Shown here in pieces: positions 1 to 11,233 of a stretch of 64,000 bases of DNA. The translations under genes were made by a program, and so were the position numbers. Location of the stretch: contig CBDHHL010000032.1 of the NCBI GenBank assembly GCA_965263355.1, forward strand, positions 2,560,001 through 2,624,000, written 5' to 3'. How positions within the stretch are numbered: position 1 is the stretch's first letter; every line of letters begins with the position of its first letter. The DNA comes from Leptolyngbyaceae cyanobacterium. Lineage in GTDB: Bacteria; Cyanobacteriota; Cyanobacteriia; Phormidesmidales; Phormidesmidaceae. Under the pieces are notes generated by a model. The model made no database searches and was not told the DNA's origin. It saw only the letters and a program-made list of their open reading frames with translations.

Positions 1-1227
1 CGCCAGCGCCGTCATCACCAAACTAATTACAATGGGCTGCCACCAGCGCGAGGGGCACGGCGCAACAGCAGCTTGAGCAATAGCAGCTTGAACAGGCACC
101 GATGGCGGGTTAGCGGGTTTACCCTGGAGTGTTTGCCAATCAGGGGGAGGAACCAACAGGTTTTGATAAATAACCGGTAGCCAACTGGCACAGGGGTACT
201 GATGCTCTAACCCCTGGAGTCGCTCCCGTGCTTGCCTGGCCGATAGATACAGCGAGTCTCCCCTGGCAAAGGCCTCTAAAAAATAATTGAGAAAGGCTGC
301 AGCCACCTGATCAACCACAGGCTCTCGCATTACCAGAATTTGGGGAATTGACAACTGCTGGAGCGCCTGCACCAGCCCCAACCCATCACAGGAATTAAAG
401 ATCGCTAACTGCAGTCCCTGATCGATGGCCTGACGCAATCCATAGCGCAATTCAGATAGGGTCAAACTATCAGTGGGGTTAAGAAAAATGCGTCCCTGAT
501 TGCGATAGGTTTCACTATGGCCTGCAAAAAATAAAATATCCCACGGTCTCTCCCAAAGGTGATCATTAAGCTGTTGCCGGTCAGGTTCCACTAAAAATGA
601 GACCTCCGCCTGGGGCAACTGAGCCAGCAACTGCTGATCGGCCTCAACATTTATACCCTGGCTATGGCCCAAAATCGCTAATATTCTGACCGGGTGAGGA
701 GATATTGCGCTAGGAACAGCACGTACCGTCTCATATTCAGCAGTCCCCAGGGCAATTTCAGCATAGGGATAGCGCTCAAAAAAGTCCCACTCATGCCAGG
801 GAAGTTTTTGCACATCACTGTTCTGGGTACGAATCAAAAACCGAATGGTCTCATCCCGGCTAAGTTCTTCTCGCAGACGACGATCAATCGGTTGAAATGA
901 GGCGGCATTTAACCACGCCTGAAATCGTTTACGCAACAGGTGAGCAGACTGTTGACAATCCACCAGACGTTGATTGATGGAGCCTTTGTAGATAATCTTT
1001 TGTCCCTTAATGCGGGTATTAAGTCCCAATGGACGATAGATATCCTGCCAATGGCGCCGTAATTGGGCCAGCATCACCGCATCCGGTGGCAACTGCCCTT
1101 TAACTTTGAAAGCCCCTAAGTCATTAGCCAGGACTTCCAAGGTTACCTGAAACCCTGCCGTCTGAAACTCTCCCTCTAATTCTAAAATTACCCAACGTCC
1201 ATCCATGGTTTCTTTGGCAGCATGCAT
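1..1227 (-). CDS. CHAT-domain protein (5' part; runs off the window edge, probably CHAT-CHASE2 type)
   Basis: Manual translation (absent from the ORF track): MDGRWVILELEG...LPWHEWDFF...ILFFAGHSET...LAIFNSCDGLGL...CASWLPVIYQN, the CHAT His/Cys motifs; start at 1227 or 1206. Confidence 0.85.
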   Translation of the reverse strand, partial: MHAAKETMDGRWVILELEGEFQTAGFQVTLEVLANDLGAFKVKGQLPPDAVMLAQLRRHWQDIYRPLGLNTRIKGQKIIYKGSINQRLVDCQQSAHLLRKRFQAWLNAASFQPIDRRLREELSRDETIRFLIRTQNSDVQKLPWHEWDFFERYPYAEIALGTAEYETVRAVPSAISPHPVRILAILGHSQGINVEADQQLLAQLPQAEVSFLVEPDRQQLNDHLWERPWDILFFAGHSETYRNQGRIFLNPTDSLTLSELRYGLRQAIDQGLQLAIFNSCDGLGLVQALQQLSIPQILVMREPVVDQVAAAFLNYFLEAFARGDSLYLSARQARERLQGLEHQYPCASWLPVIYQNLLVPPPDWQTLQGKPANPPSVPVQAAIAQAAVAPCPSRWWQPIVISLVMTALA

Positions 1228-1268
1228 GCTCAAGATTAGAGAATCACACGTATCTTATAGCGGTTATG

Positions 1269-2228
1269 CTAGACATAAAACAGCTCGGTGATAACGGATT
1301 GATTCAGGCTAATCTGCACCGTAAAATTTTCGCCAGATACGGCACTAAATTGAAATTCTAAGCCTTCACTCTGGCGTCCTTCAGCTTGCAAAACGGGTAT
1401 TTGAGTCTCATCCATCACTACCACTTGTAGGCAGGGGGGTAAGTAAGTATCTTGCCCCGCCGGGTATAACTCAACGGTAATATCAAATGTCTGCCGCTCT
1501 TCGATGGGGGTAATCCCCACTAGAAATAATACCTGAGTCTCAGAAACATGACTCAAGGTCAAAAATTTACCTTGCTTAATTCCCGTAGCCTCTGGCGCAA
1601 TTACGTCTCGATTGGTCAATGAGGTTCTAAAACTGAAGGCAGGTGTCTGCCAATCTTCAAGCAGCTGATTTAGGGCGGTCCAACTGTCATCAACAATCTG
1701 ATCTAACCAACCCTGGAGCCTGGTGGGAGACAATGCTGGAGCCACAGTCTCAGGCACAACCTGCTTTAAGTAACTCGGAAACCGATCGATAGACTGTAGC
1801 GCCTGGATCGGTATGGGTGTTGGCTGTAATTGGGGGAGAAAGCCCAACAACGTTGCTTCGGTTAGGGAGTTATTGAGCTGTACAAACAGATAGCCAATGC
1901 GGTCATCCCAGGCTTCTTCGGGAATGTCTAACTGGGTTTGGGCGGGTAAAACAGCACAGCATTCCAACCGTCCTCCATCAGTAACCCACAAATCCGCCGC
2001 GTTACTAAGAACCTGAACAACCGGATTCCAGCTGTCACTTTTCTCTAAACAGGCGTCTATCCCAAGACAGGTTAAGTAAAATTTTACAGCCTGTACACTT
2101 AGCGTGTTGAGATAGATCTGTTTTGCCTTTTGAGCATTGCGATGGTGATTATAAAACTGTTGCGCTAACTGATGAAACCTATGGGTTAGTGGAATTGTAA
2201 ACGTTGTTGATGGGCAGTGGGGAGTCAT
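1269..2228 (-). CDS. DUF1822 family protein
   Basis: KAKQIYLNTLSV..SDSWNP..ADLWV..GRLEC..DRIGY pattern; usual position between a sigma-like gene and a CHAT gene. Confidence 0.85.
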   Translation of the reverse strand: MTPHCPSTTFTIPLTHRFHQLAQQFYNHHRNAQKAKQIYLNTLSVQAVKFYLTCLGIDACLEKSDSWNPVVQVLSNAADLWVTDGGRLECCAVLPAQTQLDIPEEAWDDRIGYLFVQLNNSLTEATLLGFLPQLQPTPIPIQALQSIDRFPSYLKQVVPETVAPALSPTRLQGWLDQIVDDSWTALNQLLEDWQTPAFSFRTSLTNRDVIAPEATGIKQGKFLTLSHVSETQVLFLVGITPIEERQTFDITVELYPAGQDTYLPPCLQVVVMDETQIPVLQAEGRQSEGLEFQFSAVSGENFTVQISLNQSVITELFYV

Positions 2229-2312
2229 TGATTTGTATGGGCGTAGAAGTTATCACACAAGCAAGAAGAAGATTAGTTGGCAGTCATCAGGGTCTCCAAG
2301 GGCAGTGGACGG

Positions 2313-2346
2313 TGTGTAGGGGCATTGCATGCAATGCCCCTACACA
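2313..2346. repeat. GTAG-type REP-like perfect palindrome
   Basis: TGTGTAGGGGCATTGCATGCAATGCCCCTACACA, 34-bp perfect inverted repeat in an intergenic region. Confidence 0.7.
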
Positions 2347-2383
2347 GAGGGCAATGGGCAATTTTTAGTTATATACAAACGCT

Positions 2384-3040
2384 TTACTCTAATTGGGTTG
2401 TTATATAGTCTTTGAATTTAGGTGCAAATTTAGTCAGGCATCGTAGATAAAATGAACTCAAGGTGACGATTTTTACATCGAGTTCAGCCGAAATTTCTTT
2501 CCATGAATAGCCTCCTAAAAAGCGTAGAGCGATATGCTGAAAATTAGCGTTGGGCTTTTTGCGGATATAGGTTTGCTTAAATAGTCCATCGCGATCGTCT
2601 TGAATACATTGAATGACTTCTTCGGATAGGGAGGGGGTGGATTGCGATCGCAACTCAAGCGACTCCTGTTTATCCAGGGCATCCAAGGTAATCCGTTTAA
2701 CCTGGGATAAATCCATGCCTTTCGGAGCCGTCGGCATAAAATCTCGACTCGCCTCAATAAAGAACCGTTTTCTCATCAAGAAATTGGCCCACTGCAGCAC
2801 TTCCCGCCGATGGTCATAGCGTTCGATATCCTCACATATATAAAGAAACAACCGTTGTTGGGCTTCAGCATAAATGTCCTCATAGAGGCCACAAAACTGT
2901 CCCTGATGGGGCCGCACTAATTTTTTAGATCGATAGATTGTATCGACTAAACGAGCCAGCGCCCGCTGCCGCTCCGGCGTTTTAGGAGGATACTGTTGAG
3001 CCTCCATAGCAAGTTGTTTCAGCTGTTGATCTAAGGTCAT
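2384..3040 (-). CDS. sigma-70 (ECF/HetZ-like) family RNA polymerase sigma factor
   Basis: LKQLAMEAQQYPP...YICEDIERYD..WANF..C-terminal HTH SWKEISAELDVKIVTLSSFYLRCL; likely start ATG 3040 (ORF open to 3112). Confidence 0.8.
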   Translation of the reverse strand: MTLDQQLKQLAMEAQQYPPKTPERQRALARLVDTIYRSKKLVRPHQGQFCGLYEDIYAEAQQRLFLYICEDIERYDHRREVLQWANFLMRKRFFIEASRDFMPTAPKGMDLSQVKRITLDALDKQESLELRSQSTPSLSEEVIQCIQDDRDGLFKQTYIRKKPNANFQHIALRFLGGYSWKEISAELDVKIVTLSSFYLRCLTKFAPKFKDYITTQLE

Positions 3041-3193
3041 GCGTCCTGGAAGCAAGGCAGACTGAGCACAGATTACTAACGCAAACGTTTTGCCCAGCCC
3101 TACTAAAGGCATCTCGCAAAATAAGGTGCCAAAATTTGTGGACTACAGATATTTTTGCAAAACTTTACAAATATAGATACCCAAGCCCTAACT

Positions 3194-3376
3194 TCAAAGT
3201 TCACGTTCCTGGAACTGGTTAAATACCTGGCCCAGTTCTTTTGCTCTACCTGTAAAAATTTTGGTTAGTGTTTGGCTTTCCAAGTCAATGGGACTCTCTG
3301 TAAATGGGATTGCGGTCAGTCCCAGACGGCGGATATTGTTCCGAGACTTTCTAAAAATTTCTCTAGGATTGCTCAT
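3194..3376 (-). pseudogene. N-terminal fragment of an AAA/P-loop ATPase-like gene
   Basis: PFTESP...IFTGRAKEL resembles the pre-Walker A segment of such ATPases; stops after 60 aa. Confidence 0.45.
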
Positions 3377-4104
3377 GCGAATGCTTTAATATCCTCATTA
3401 TTTAGCGTGCGTTTGGAAATGTTGTACAGGCTATCCACTTCAGCGATTTTCTCCGGTTGCTGTAACTGTTCGTAAAGGTTACGGGCCTGTTGAAAGGTGG
3501 CCATGCTTTCAGGGGGAGCGATTTCTAGAGCTTCGGTGAGGAGGGTGATAACAGTGGAGAAATCTGTTGTTGTTTGGGGGGAGTCTGTTGTTAAGGAAGC
3601 GCGTTTAAGGAGAGCTTCTGCTAATTCACTTTGATTGCTGACCCAGTCATAAGGATAGGATTTACGAGTGAAGACTTCGGCAGCTTTCTGATATATAGCA
3701 ATAGCACGGTTGAGATTGTCTGAAGGATCTCCATGAAGAGATTCATTGTAAGCATTGGCCAGGTTTTGTTGAGTTCTAGCCCAATCTTCAGGAAATGTGA
3801 TGCGGGTGTAAATCTGAAGGGCATTTTGGTGATACTCAATGGCCAACTCCAGGTTATTGGCCCGAACTCCTCGGATGCGATCACCGTAAACAATCCCTAA
3901 CCAGTCTTGAGTGCCTGCCCAATCTTTCGCAAACTCCTCGCGGGTAAAATACTTCAGCGCATTCTTAAACGCCGTCAAAGCCTGCTCCAAGTTCTCTGCC
4001 CGTTCCCCTGTCCGACGCTTATAACACTGACTTCCCAGACCATATTGCTGACTCGCCCAACTCTTGTCCCTGATTTCGTCCATCTTGCCCATCAATCCTT
4101 CCAA
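3373..4104 (-). CDS. tetratricopeptide repeat protein
   Basis: Repeated units ENLEQAL..FTREEFAKDWAGTQ, NNLELAI..FPEDWARTQQNLANAY. Confidence 0.8.
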   Translation of the reverse strand: MEGLMGKMDEIRDKSWASQQYGLGSQCYKRRTGERAENLEQALTAFKNALKYFTREEFAKDWAGTQDWLGIVYGDRIRGVRANNLELAIEYHQNALQIYTRITFPEDWARTQQNLANAYNESLHGDPSDNLNRAIAIYQKAAEVFTRKSYPYDWVSNQSELAEALLKRASLTTDSPQTTTDFSTVITLLTEALEIAPPESMATFQQARNLYEQLQQPEKIAEVDSLYNISKRTLNNEDIKAFA

Positions 4105-4673
4105 AGCCAGTTAAGTAAAAGAACAAAACTAGGAAGTATCGTTTCTCCCATCAGCCGATCTGGTCGATCAACAACACTCATGTCACCATTACCATAGTAA
4201 ATCTCCACCTGCTGCTCTTGAGGATTAATCAACCAGCCCAGCCGCAACCCATTAGCCACATATTCCCGCATTTTCTCCTGTAAAGGACCGAGACTATCGC
4301 TGGCAGACCGCAATTCGATGACAAAATCTGGACAAAGGGGCAAAAACTTATCTGGAGCTGGGTTTAGGGCATTAATGCGATCGCAACTCACCCAGGCCAC
4401 ATCAGGGGACCGTACCGCCCCATTAGGTAACCGAAACCCCGTAGACGAATCAAACCCCAAGCCCGACCCATCCTGATCCGCCCAGTTCGCCAACTGCTGA
4501 CCAATTTTTAGATTGCGATTACCCGTTTCCCAACCCGTTGGCGGCATAATTAACAAATTCCCCGTAGCCGTAAGTTCTAACCTCAAACCTCGGTTGGCTT
4601 GACACAGCCGATAAAACTGCTCATCATCCAGAGCAAGCGCTGCAGCTTTCATATTGAGGGTAAGGGCAACCAT
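4092..4673 (-). CDS. Uma2 family endonuclease
   Basis: FDSSTGFRLPNGAVRSPDVAW..CPDFVIELRS..GWLINP. Confidence 0.95.
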   Translation of the reverse strand: MVALTLNMKAAALALDDEQFYRLCQANRGLRLELTATGNLLIMPPTGWETGNRNLKIGQQLANWADQDGSGLGFDSSTGFRLPNGAVRSPDVAWVSCDRINALNPAPDKFLPLCPDFVIELRSASDSLGPLQEKMREYVANGLRLGWLINPQEQQVEIYYGNGDMSVVDRPDRLMGETILPSFVLLLNWLWKD

Positions 4674-4869
4674 AGCGATATTTTTTGTAATGTTTCCATA
4701 GTGCCGTTAGCGTCAGCGTAACGAACCAAACATTTTGAAATCAAAGATTAAAAGGAGAACTTTATCTTAGATCTTGCACCTGGTGATGAAGCATGGCCCA
4801 CCTTGAACTAAAAGTTCCAAGGCTAATCGAATCAAAACCCTACTTCTGGGTGGAATTCGTTGGTTCATC

Positions 4870-4897
4870 GTAGGGTGCCAACATGTTGGCACCCTAC
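4870..4897. repeat. GTAG-type REP-like perfect palindrome
   Basis: GTAGGGTGCCAACATGTTGGCACCCTAC. Confidence 0.65.
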
Positions 4898-5008
4898 CAG
4901 GGTATTACCCTGGTGCAGTATTGGGTTCAATGACCCAGCATCCAAACTACTTTACGTCTTTCATCCCCTGCGCTACCTTTCCCATAGATAACTATCTTCC
5001 GCTTTCCC

Positions 5009-6181
5009 ATGTTCAACCGGCGTCGCTTTCTCGTGCTCAGTAGCCTAACCATTGGAGCCTGTTCCAGTCGCCCCATCGCTGAATCGATTACGACCAGCAG
5101 CTCCCCCGAAGCCGCCAGTACTTCTTCTGCTCCCGTTACCCCTGCTGCCCCCAAACGCCATCCCAACTTTGGTAAAGCCATTGGCCCTGAAGAACTCTTT
5201 GCCCCCAAACGTGGCGATGTGCGCGCCGTGGTGATCAGTGACCTCAATTCCCGCTATGGCTCTGTAGACTACCGTCGTGAAGTGATGAAAGGCGTCTCCA
5301 TTCTGCCCGAGTGGGAGCCAGATATTGTGTTATGCGTGGGTGATATGGTGGCAGGCCAAACCACGTTTATGAGTACTCCCGAGGTGGAAGCCATGTGGGA
5401 CGGGTTTGATAGCCTGATTCTTAAGCCGATTCGAGCGGCAGATATTCCCTATGCGCTGACCATTGGTAATCACGATGCGTCCAGCCAAACCTACGAAGAT
5501 GGCAGCTATATTTACACCATTGATCGCGAGGTGACCACCCGTTACTGGCAGGCGCACCAAAATGAGTTGGACCTGCAGTATGTTGACACTGGCGATTTTC
5601 CTTACTATTACAGCTTTAAGCAGAACGATATTTTTTATATCGTGTGGGATGCGTCTTCGGCCAATGTGCCCGCTGCTCAGGTAACTTGGGCGGATAAACA
5701 GTTGGGCAGTGCCGCTGCTCAGGAGGCAAAATTTCGCATTGCTATTGGGCATTTGCCGTTGTATGCCATTTCCCAGGGGCGCGATCGCTACGGCGAATTC
5801 CTCAATGACGCCGACCAACTGCAGGCCGTATTAGAGCGTCACAATGTCCACACCTATATGAGCGGCCACCACCACGCTTACTATCCTGGTCACGCTGGCA
5901 ATCTAAACCTGCTTCACTGCGGAGCCCTTGGCAGCGGTCCTCGCACCTGGCTTTATCGCACCGATGCTGCCATGCAAACCCTGACGGTACTAGACTTTTT
6001 CTTTGATACTGGCGAGACCGTTTACACCACCTACAACATGAATCAGATGGCTCTAGTGGACACAGAGACCCTACCAAGACAGATCGTTGGACCCACCGGA
6101 CGTGTCCTAAGAAACGACGTTACTTTATCTGACTTGACAGCGGAAGAACAAGGACAGACCTACGTTCGAAGTGACAACTAA
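5009..6181 (+). CDS. metallophosphoesterase, Tat/lipoprotein signal
   Basis: NRRRFL twin-Arg and IGAC lipobox; DLN, GDMV, GNHD and GHHH motifs. Confidence 0.9.
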   Translation: MFNRRRFLVLSSLTIGACSSRPIAESITTSSSPEAASTSSAPVTPAAPKRHPNFGKAIGPEELFAPKRGDVRAVVISDLNSRYGSVDYRREVMKGVSILPEWEPDIVLCVGDMVAGQTTFMSTPEVEAMWDGFDSLILKPIRAADIPYALTIGNHDASSQTYEDGSYIYTIDREVTTRYWQAHQNELDLQYVDTGDFPYYYSFKQNDIFYIVWDASSANVPAAQVTWADKQLGSAAAQEAKFRIAIGHLPLYAISQGRDRYGEFLNDADQLQAVLERHNVHTYMSGHHHAYYPGHAGNLNLLHCGALGSGPRTWLYRTDAAMQTLTVLDFFFDTGETVYTTYNMNQMALVDTETLPRQIVGPTGRVLRNDVTLSDLTAEEQGQTYVRSDN

Positions 6182-6316
6182 GTGCTTTCTCGGATTACCT
6201 TTGTGTCTTTTGTGTCATGAAGTGACAACTAAATTGATACGGAATCTACTGTTAAATCACGTATAAGGAAAAGTTGTGCCAATAATTTGTCTCTAAAGGC
6301 GAATTAGTCATAATTC

Positions 6317-6577
6317 ATGCCTTCTGTGGTGGTTAAGCAAATCCGTTCGTGGCAAATTCCTCCTAATGTACCGAACCAGCCAGCCGAATTAGCAATCGGA
6401 GCAACTGTCCGGTTAGCCATAGAATTTGATGGCCATGGCTATTGCTTGTTAGCTACAGAAATTGATGGAGTCTATACCCTGAGCGACTGGTATCCATCCC
6501 TAAAAGCCGCTGAAGAAGAAGCGGCCCAAACATTTGGGCCAAAATCAAAGGATTGGGAAACGATGGGTTTGCAATAA
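6317..6577 (+). CDS. hypothetical protein
   Basis: 86-aa ORF filling the intergenic space, convergent with glgB. Confidence 0.6.
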   Translation: MPSVVVKQIRSWQIPPNVPNQPAELAIGATVRLAIEFDGHGYCLLATEIDGVYTLSDWYPSLKAAEEEAAQTFGPKSKDWETMGLQ

Positions 6578-6580
6578 TTT

Positions 6581-8881
6581 CTACGCCAACCCAGATGGGG
6601 CTGCCGATGCTGTTTTTGTCGGATCCAGCTTAAACACTACCGTTGCCAATGGAGGCAGGGTCAAGTCCAATGAATAGGGTCGATTGTGATAGGTCCAATC
6701 ATCAGACCATTTGCCGCCTAAATTGCCCATGTTGCTACCACCAAATTCGCGGGCATCACTATTAAAGATTTCATGGTAGTAGCCCTTGCCAGGTACACCA
6801 ACACGATAGTGACTGTGGGGCTGTGGGGTGAAGTTGCAAACAATCACAAGAAACTCATTGCTATCTTTAGCACGGCGAATAAAGGACACAACGCTATGTT
6901 TGTTATCGCTGCAGTCAATCCATTCAAATCCTTGCTGGTCAAAGTCTTGAGTATAAAGGGCAGCTTCACTACGATAGGTAGAATTAAGCTGCGCTATAAA
7001 TGTTTTGAGTTCTTTATGGGATTGATACTGAAGTAGATGCCATTCCAGGTCGCCCCAAACGTTCCACTCACTCCACTGGCCAAACTCCATGCCCATAAAC
7101 AGAGTTTTCTTACCCGGATGCATAAACATATAAGTATAGAGACAGCGCAAGTTGGCATACTTCTGCCATTCGTCACCGGGCATTTTGCCAATCATGTTGC
7201 TCTTGCCATGCACCACCTCATCGTGGGATAGCGCCAGCATAAAGTTTTCGCTAAAGGCATACCAGATGCTAAAGGTAACATTGTTCTGGTGGAACTGACG
7301 AAACCAGGGATCCATGCCGAAATAGTCCAGCATGTCATGCATCCACCCCATGTTCCACTTGAGATTAAAGCCAAGACCACCCACATAGGTGGGCCATGAC
7401 ACCATCGGCCAGGATGTCGACTCTTCGGCAATGGAGACAATGCCAGGATAGTAAGTAAACAATAAATGGTTTACCTGACGTAAACAGTTGGCCGCTTCAA
7501 TATGTTCACGACCGCCATAATCATTGGCAACCCATTCGCCATGTTTACGCTGGTAGTCCAGGTAGAGCATAGAGGCCACAGCGTCTACGCGAATGCCGTC
7601 AATGTGGTACTTGTCAAACCAGAAGAGAGCATTGGCCACGAGAAAATTACGCACCTCATTGCGGCCATAGTTAAAAACCAGGGTGCCCCATTCCTTGTGT
7701 TCACCTTTGCGGGGGTCGGCATGCTCGTAAAGATGGGTACCATCAAAGAATGATAGGCCATGACCATCCTTAGGAAAGTGCCCAGGGACCCAGTCTATAA
7801 TTACCCCGATGCCGTTTTGATGGCACTGATCGATGAGGTACATTAAACCGTCAGGAGAACCATAGCGAGAGGTGGCGGCATAGTAACCCGCTACTTGATA
7901 CCCCCAGGAACCATCAAATGGATGCTCGGCTATGGGTAATAGCTCAATGTGGGTGAAGCCCAGTTCTTTAACGTAGGGAATCAGCCGTTCAGCAAGTTCT
8001 CGATAGGTGAGAAAACGGGCTCCAGGTTTTAGGTCTGCAACCGTGACAACCGGGGCTTCAGTACCGTCTGGTTGTTGGGCGGGGGTGCCAGATGATTCAT
8101 GCATCCAAGACCCCAGGTGTAATTCATACACTGAGATGGGGCTGGATAAAGGGTCCTGGTGACGACGTGTTTCCAGCCAAATGCTATCTTGCCAGTCGTA
8201 GCTGTCGAGATCGGTTACGATCGATGCGGTTTTGGGGCGTACCTCATGTTGGAAACCATAGGGGTCAGCTTTTTCATAGATATGACCTGCATGGTTTTTG
8301 ATTTCATATTTATAGTGGGCCCCAACGGTCAGCTCGGGAATAAACAAGCCCCAGATGCCACCATAGCCAATGTTCATCTGGTGCTGGCGACCGTCCCAGC
8401 TGTTAAATTCTCCCAATACTGATACATTGCGGGCATTGGGTGCCCATACAGCAAAATAGACACCGGTTACACCATCAATTGTTGTGATGTGTGCTCCTAG
8501 TTTTTCGTAAATACGGTGGTGATTCCCTTCGCCAAATAGGTGGGCGTCATATTCAGTGACTAGCGGAGACTGGAACGCATAGGGATCGTAGATAACCTTT
8601 TCACGTTCATCTGAACAATAACGCAACTGGTAGCTAGCTAAATCTTCAACATCGAGCACACATTCAAAAAAATCCTCATGATGGTCATTAACCATCGGCA
8701 CTTCCTGACGGCTGTCGGGCAGTATGACCCAGGCAGACTCGGCTTTAGGTAAATAAGCACGTACTGTCCATTTATCTTTACCATCCATCTGAATACGATG
8801 GGGGCCTAGCACCTCGTAAGGATTGTGGTGATAATTGCCAACAATCCGATCGATTTGCTCTGAGGCCGTTGTTAATGCCAT
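6581..8881 (-). CDS. glgB: 1,4-alpha-glucan branching enzyme
   Basis: [55 protein letters not shown]. Confidence 0.98.
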   Translation of the reverse strand: MALTTASEQIDRIVGNYHHNPYEVLGPHRIQMDGKDKWTVRAYLPKAESAWVILPDSRQEVPMVNDHHEDFFECVLDVEDLASYQLRYCSDEREKVIYDPYAFQSPLVTEYDAHLFGEGNHHRIYEKLGAHITTIDGVTGVYFAVWAPNARNVSVLGEFNSWDGRQHQMNIGYGGIWGLFIPELTVGAHYKYEIKNHAGHIYEKADPYGFQHEVRPKTASIVTDLDSYDWQDSIWLETRRHQDPLSSPISVYELHLGSWMHESSGTPAQQPDGTEAPVVTVADLKPGARFLTYRELAERLIPYVKELGFTHIELLPIAEHPFDGSWGYQVAGYYAATSRYGSPDGLMYLIDQCHQNGIGVIIDWVPGHFPKDGHGLSFFDGTHLYEHADPRKGEHKEWGTLVFNYGRNEVRNFLVANALFWFDKYHIDGIRVDAVASMLYLDYQRKHGEWVANDYGGREHIEAANCLRQVNHLLFTYYPGIVSIAEESTSWPMVSWPTYVGGLGFNLKWNMGWMHDMLDYFGMDPWFRQFHQNNVTFSIWYAFSENFMLALSHDEVVHGKSNMIGKMPGDEWQKYANLRCLYTYMFMHPGKKTLFMGMEFGQWSEWNVWGDLEWHLLQYQSHKELKTFIAQLNSTYRSEAALYTQDFDQQGFEWIDCSDNKHSVVSFIRRAKDSNEFLVIVCNFTPQPHSHYRVGVPGKGYYHEIFNSDAREFGGSNMGNLGGKWSDDWTYHNRPYSLDLTLPPLATVVFKLDPTKTASAAPSGLA

Positions 8882-9668
8882 AAAAGTCTTAACCTAAGCG
8901 TGTATAAAACGTGCTTTTAAATAAGAGGGATGCGCTAAAGCACTGTCTTTGCTCGCGCAAAGACTATGAAGATTAGGTTAACAGAACGTTTCCCAGTGAC
9001 ATCGTCTCCATAGATGGTTCCAAGAAGTATTAACCCAAAGGTGACCTTCACTTTACATTACTTTACGGCAAATTCTTTGACGAGCTCCTTGTAGAGACTG
9101 CGTACAAATCTAGAAGCTGTGGCGGCTCTACGAAGCTTATCCTTTTCGTTTGGCCTAGCGTACTTGTAGTGCAATCTGAGGGATGCGACATGTCTGGGTA
9201 CGTCCATATGCTTTGCTGCAGCATTGACAAGTTGATGATTTAGCCAATGGTTCTGTTTTGAATCGCCTAATGTATCAGTGAATAGGATGAGATCGCAGCT
9301 GCATCTGGCTTATCTGCCTTATTAAAAATATTTTTGTAACGGCAATAAGCCCTAACCTGAATTTGACTAACCAGTCTAACGTCTTTCCCATTTTTCTTAA
9401 GCTAGTCCATCCACAGATATGAGTACGAGCCAGTAGGTTCTAAGACGTAACAATCAGCCTCTTGTTATGTAGGCAGGGGGGCCATACCGGTAAACTCGTC
9501 CGGATTTTGATTCTCGTATGTATGGGTTTAAAAAGCTATCCCATCTGGTGAAGTATAGAAGTGATCTGTTTGTTACAGAAGAACGGGCTACCAATGGAAC
9601 AAATCAAAAGGCACTATACATCAGGACAAAATAATCAAGGATGTTTGGTTACTCTGACGCTGCCCGAT

Positions 9669-10148
9669 CTAGGAGACATCACGCTTCTCTCGCTTAAGCT
9701 TAGCTCTGCGTCGCAATAGGCTCAAGGTTAATTTATTGTCCTGCTGACGATATTGCATAATCCAAAAGGCTTGCCCACTCCATAGGCTTGCTCGATAGGA
9801 TGGCCATGCACAATTAAGTCCATGCCAAATATTCTTTTTCAGCCTTGCTGCTGGAGGTTTTCCATCGGAGATCGCAACCATCCGCTCCCGCAAATCTTCA
9901 TCAACACCGACGGGCATCTGTTCCTCAATCACTCGGGCATAAATAATGGCTCTTAACTGCCGATGCTCGTGCCGATGCAGCGTGAGTAAACCAGTGACAA
10001 CGTTATCTAAAAAGTATAAAAACTTAGGGTTTGTCCACTGAAATAACCCATGCTCAAAACATTGAAAAATTAATGGCTCTGCTTCTATCCAATCATGGTG
10101 TTCTAACTGGTTTAATTGGACGATGGGATTGGGGTTGTGCGATCTCAT
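9669..10148 (-). CDS. hypothetical protein
   Basis: 159-aa ORF, 12 bp downstream of the ORF at 10161-10520 with a GGAGG RBS. Confidence 0.65.
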   Translation of the reverse strand: MRSHNPNPIVQLNQLEHHDWIEAEPLIFQCFEHGLFQWTNPKFLYFLDNVVTGLLTLHRHEHRQLRAIIYARVIEEQMPVGVDEDLRERMVAISDGKPPAARLKKNIWHGLNCAWPSYRASLWSGQAFWIMQYRQQDNKLTLSLLRRRAKLKREKRDVS

Positions 10149-10160
10149 GGTATCAACCTC

Positions 10161-10520
10161 CTAGTTCCAGGGTAACCAACCATTTAATCGCTTGGCCATC
10201 ACAAATGCATCAGCCGTAGTTTGTCTAGGGTCAGACAGATCTTCCATAGTTTCCTCAGTGATAGTGTAACCATCACCCCAAACATTCATTTCTTCTGCAT
10301 TGCCGAGGTCTACCTCTTTTCGGGGCTTACCCATCTCAAACTTAGCTGCACCATTAACCATCATGTAAACCACCTGGGGCGCATTCAGTGCTTTAAGATC
10401 GTCCATCAAGCTACGGTAGCTGCCATCAAAGTGATCTAAGGCTTCCTGCAGAATAGCTAGCTCTGCCGGTTCCAAGTGGGCTGCTATTTCGCTCGGGACT
10501 GACCTGGGTTGTTTAGCCAT
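10161..10520 (-). CDS. hypothetical protein
   Basis: 119-aa acidic ORF, first gene of a two-gene unit. Confidence 0.65.
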   Translation of the reverse strand: MAKQPRSVPSEIAAHLEPAELAILQEALDHFDGSYRSLMDDLKALNAPQVVYMMVNGAAKFEMGKPRKEVDLGNAEEMNVWGDGYTITEETMEDLSDPRQTTADAFVMAKRLNGWLPWN

Positions 10521-10774
10521 GACGTTTGCTTTAGTTTTGACTAGTTAAACTGACGGCAACCCTATAGATATTTCCATAATTCCTTGTGGAAACGAAGTTG
10601 CTTTCTTTTAGGTCAGGCCAGAAGGAAATGCCCTACGCAGAAGCCCGTATGGATGAGCCGGCTAGCATTAAGCTACACGCCCGAATAATACTTTTATTAA
10701 AGATTAAAGTATGTAACAATCGCCGTCTGTTATGAGCCACGTCCAAGTTGAAACCTGTAGGTTCTTCCTTTTCC

Positions 10775-11221
10775 TTATGGCAAAAACGGAATTACTGGCT
10801 TAAAGGCCCGTCGAGCATCTAACAGCAGCAGGATAAAGCTAATTTCTGGGGTGAGATTAAGGGTACGGGTGGTTTGGGCGGTAGCCAGGTCTGCTTGTAG
10901 CTGGGTATAGTCCGCTGGGGATAGGGGGATGCCATCTAATGGAGAGCGGGCTTCAAAAATAATTTCTGTCCTCAATATTTCTTCTGGCACATCGTCAGCA
11001 GGGGGAAGCACAATCTGATCTATAGTGACTCCCGAAGTCGTAGCAGGATTAACGATAGGGCTAGACGAACGGACTGGGGAACTAATGGATTGGGCCAGGC
11101 TCCAATCACTGAGGTTAAACCACAGTCCAATACAGCCAATACTAATCCCAAAGACTTTCTGCCAGGACATCATAGGTTTACAGAGATGTTTGGATGGAAA
11201 ATTTCCGCTATCGTGATGCAT
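10775..11221 (-). CDS. conserved cyanobacterial hypothetical protein (secreted)
   Basis: DVPEEILRTEIIFEARSPLDG.PLSPADY motif; true start may be near 11173. Confidence 0.7.
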   Translation of the reverse strand: MHHDSGNFPSKHLCKPMMSWQKVFGISIGCIGLWFNLSDWSLAQSISSPVRSSSPIVNPATTSGVTIDQIVLPPADDVPEEILRTEIIFEARSPLDGIPLSPADYTQLQADLATAQTTRTLNLTPEISFILLLLDARRAFKPVIPFLP

Positions 11222-11233
11222 TGCTATTTATGA

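Noticed and set aside
694..900. 68-aa plus-strand ORF and similar short antisense ORFs across the track
   Set aside because: They lie antisense to or inside well-supported genes and have no recognisable motifs.
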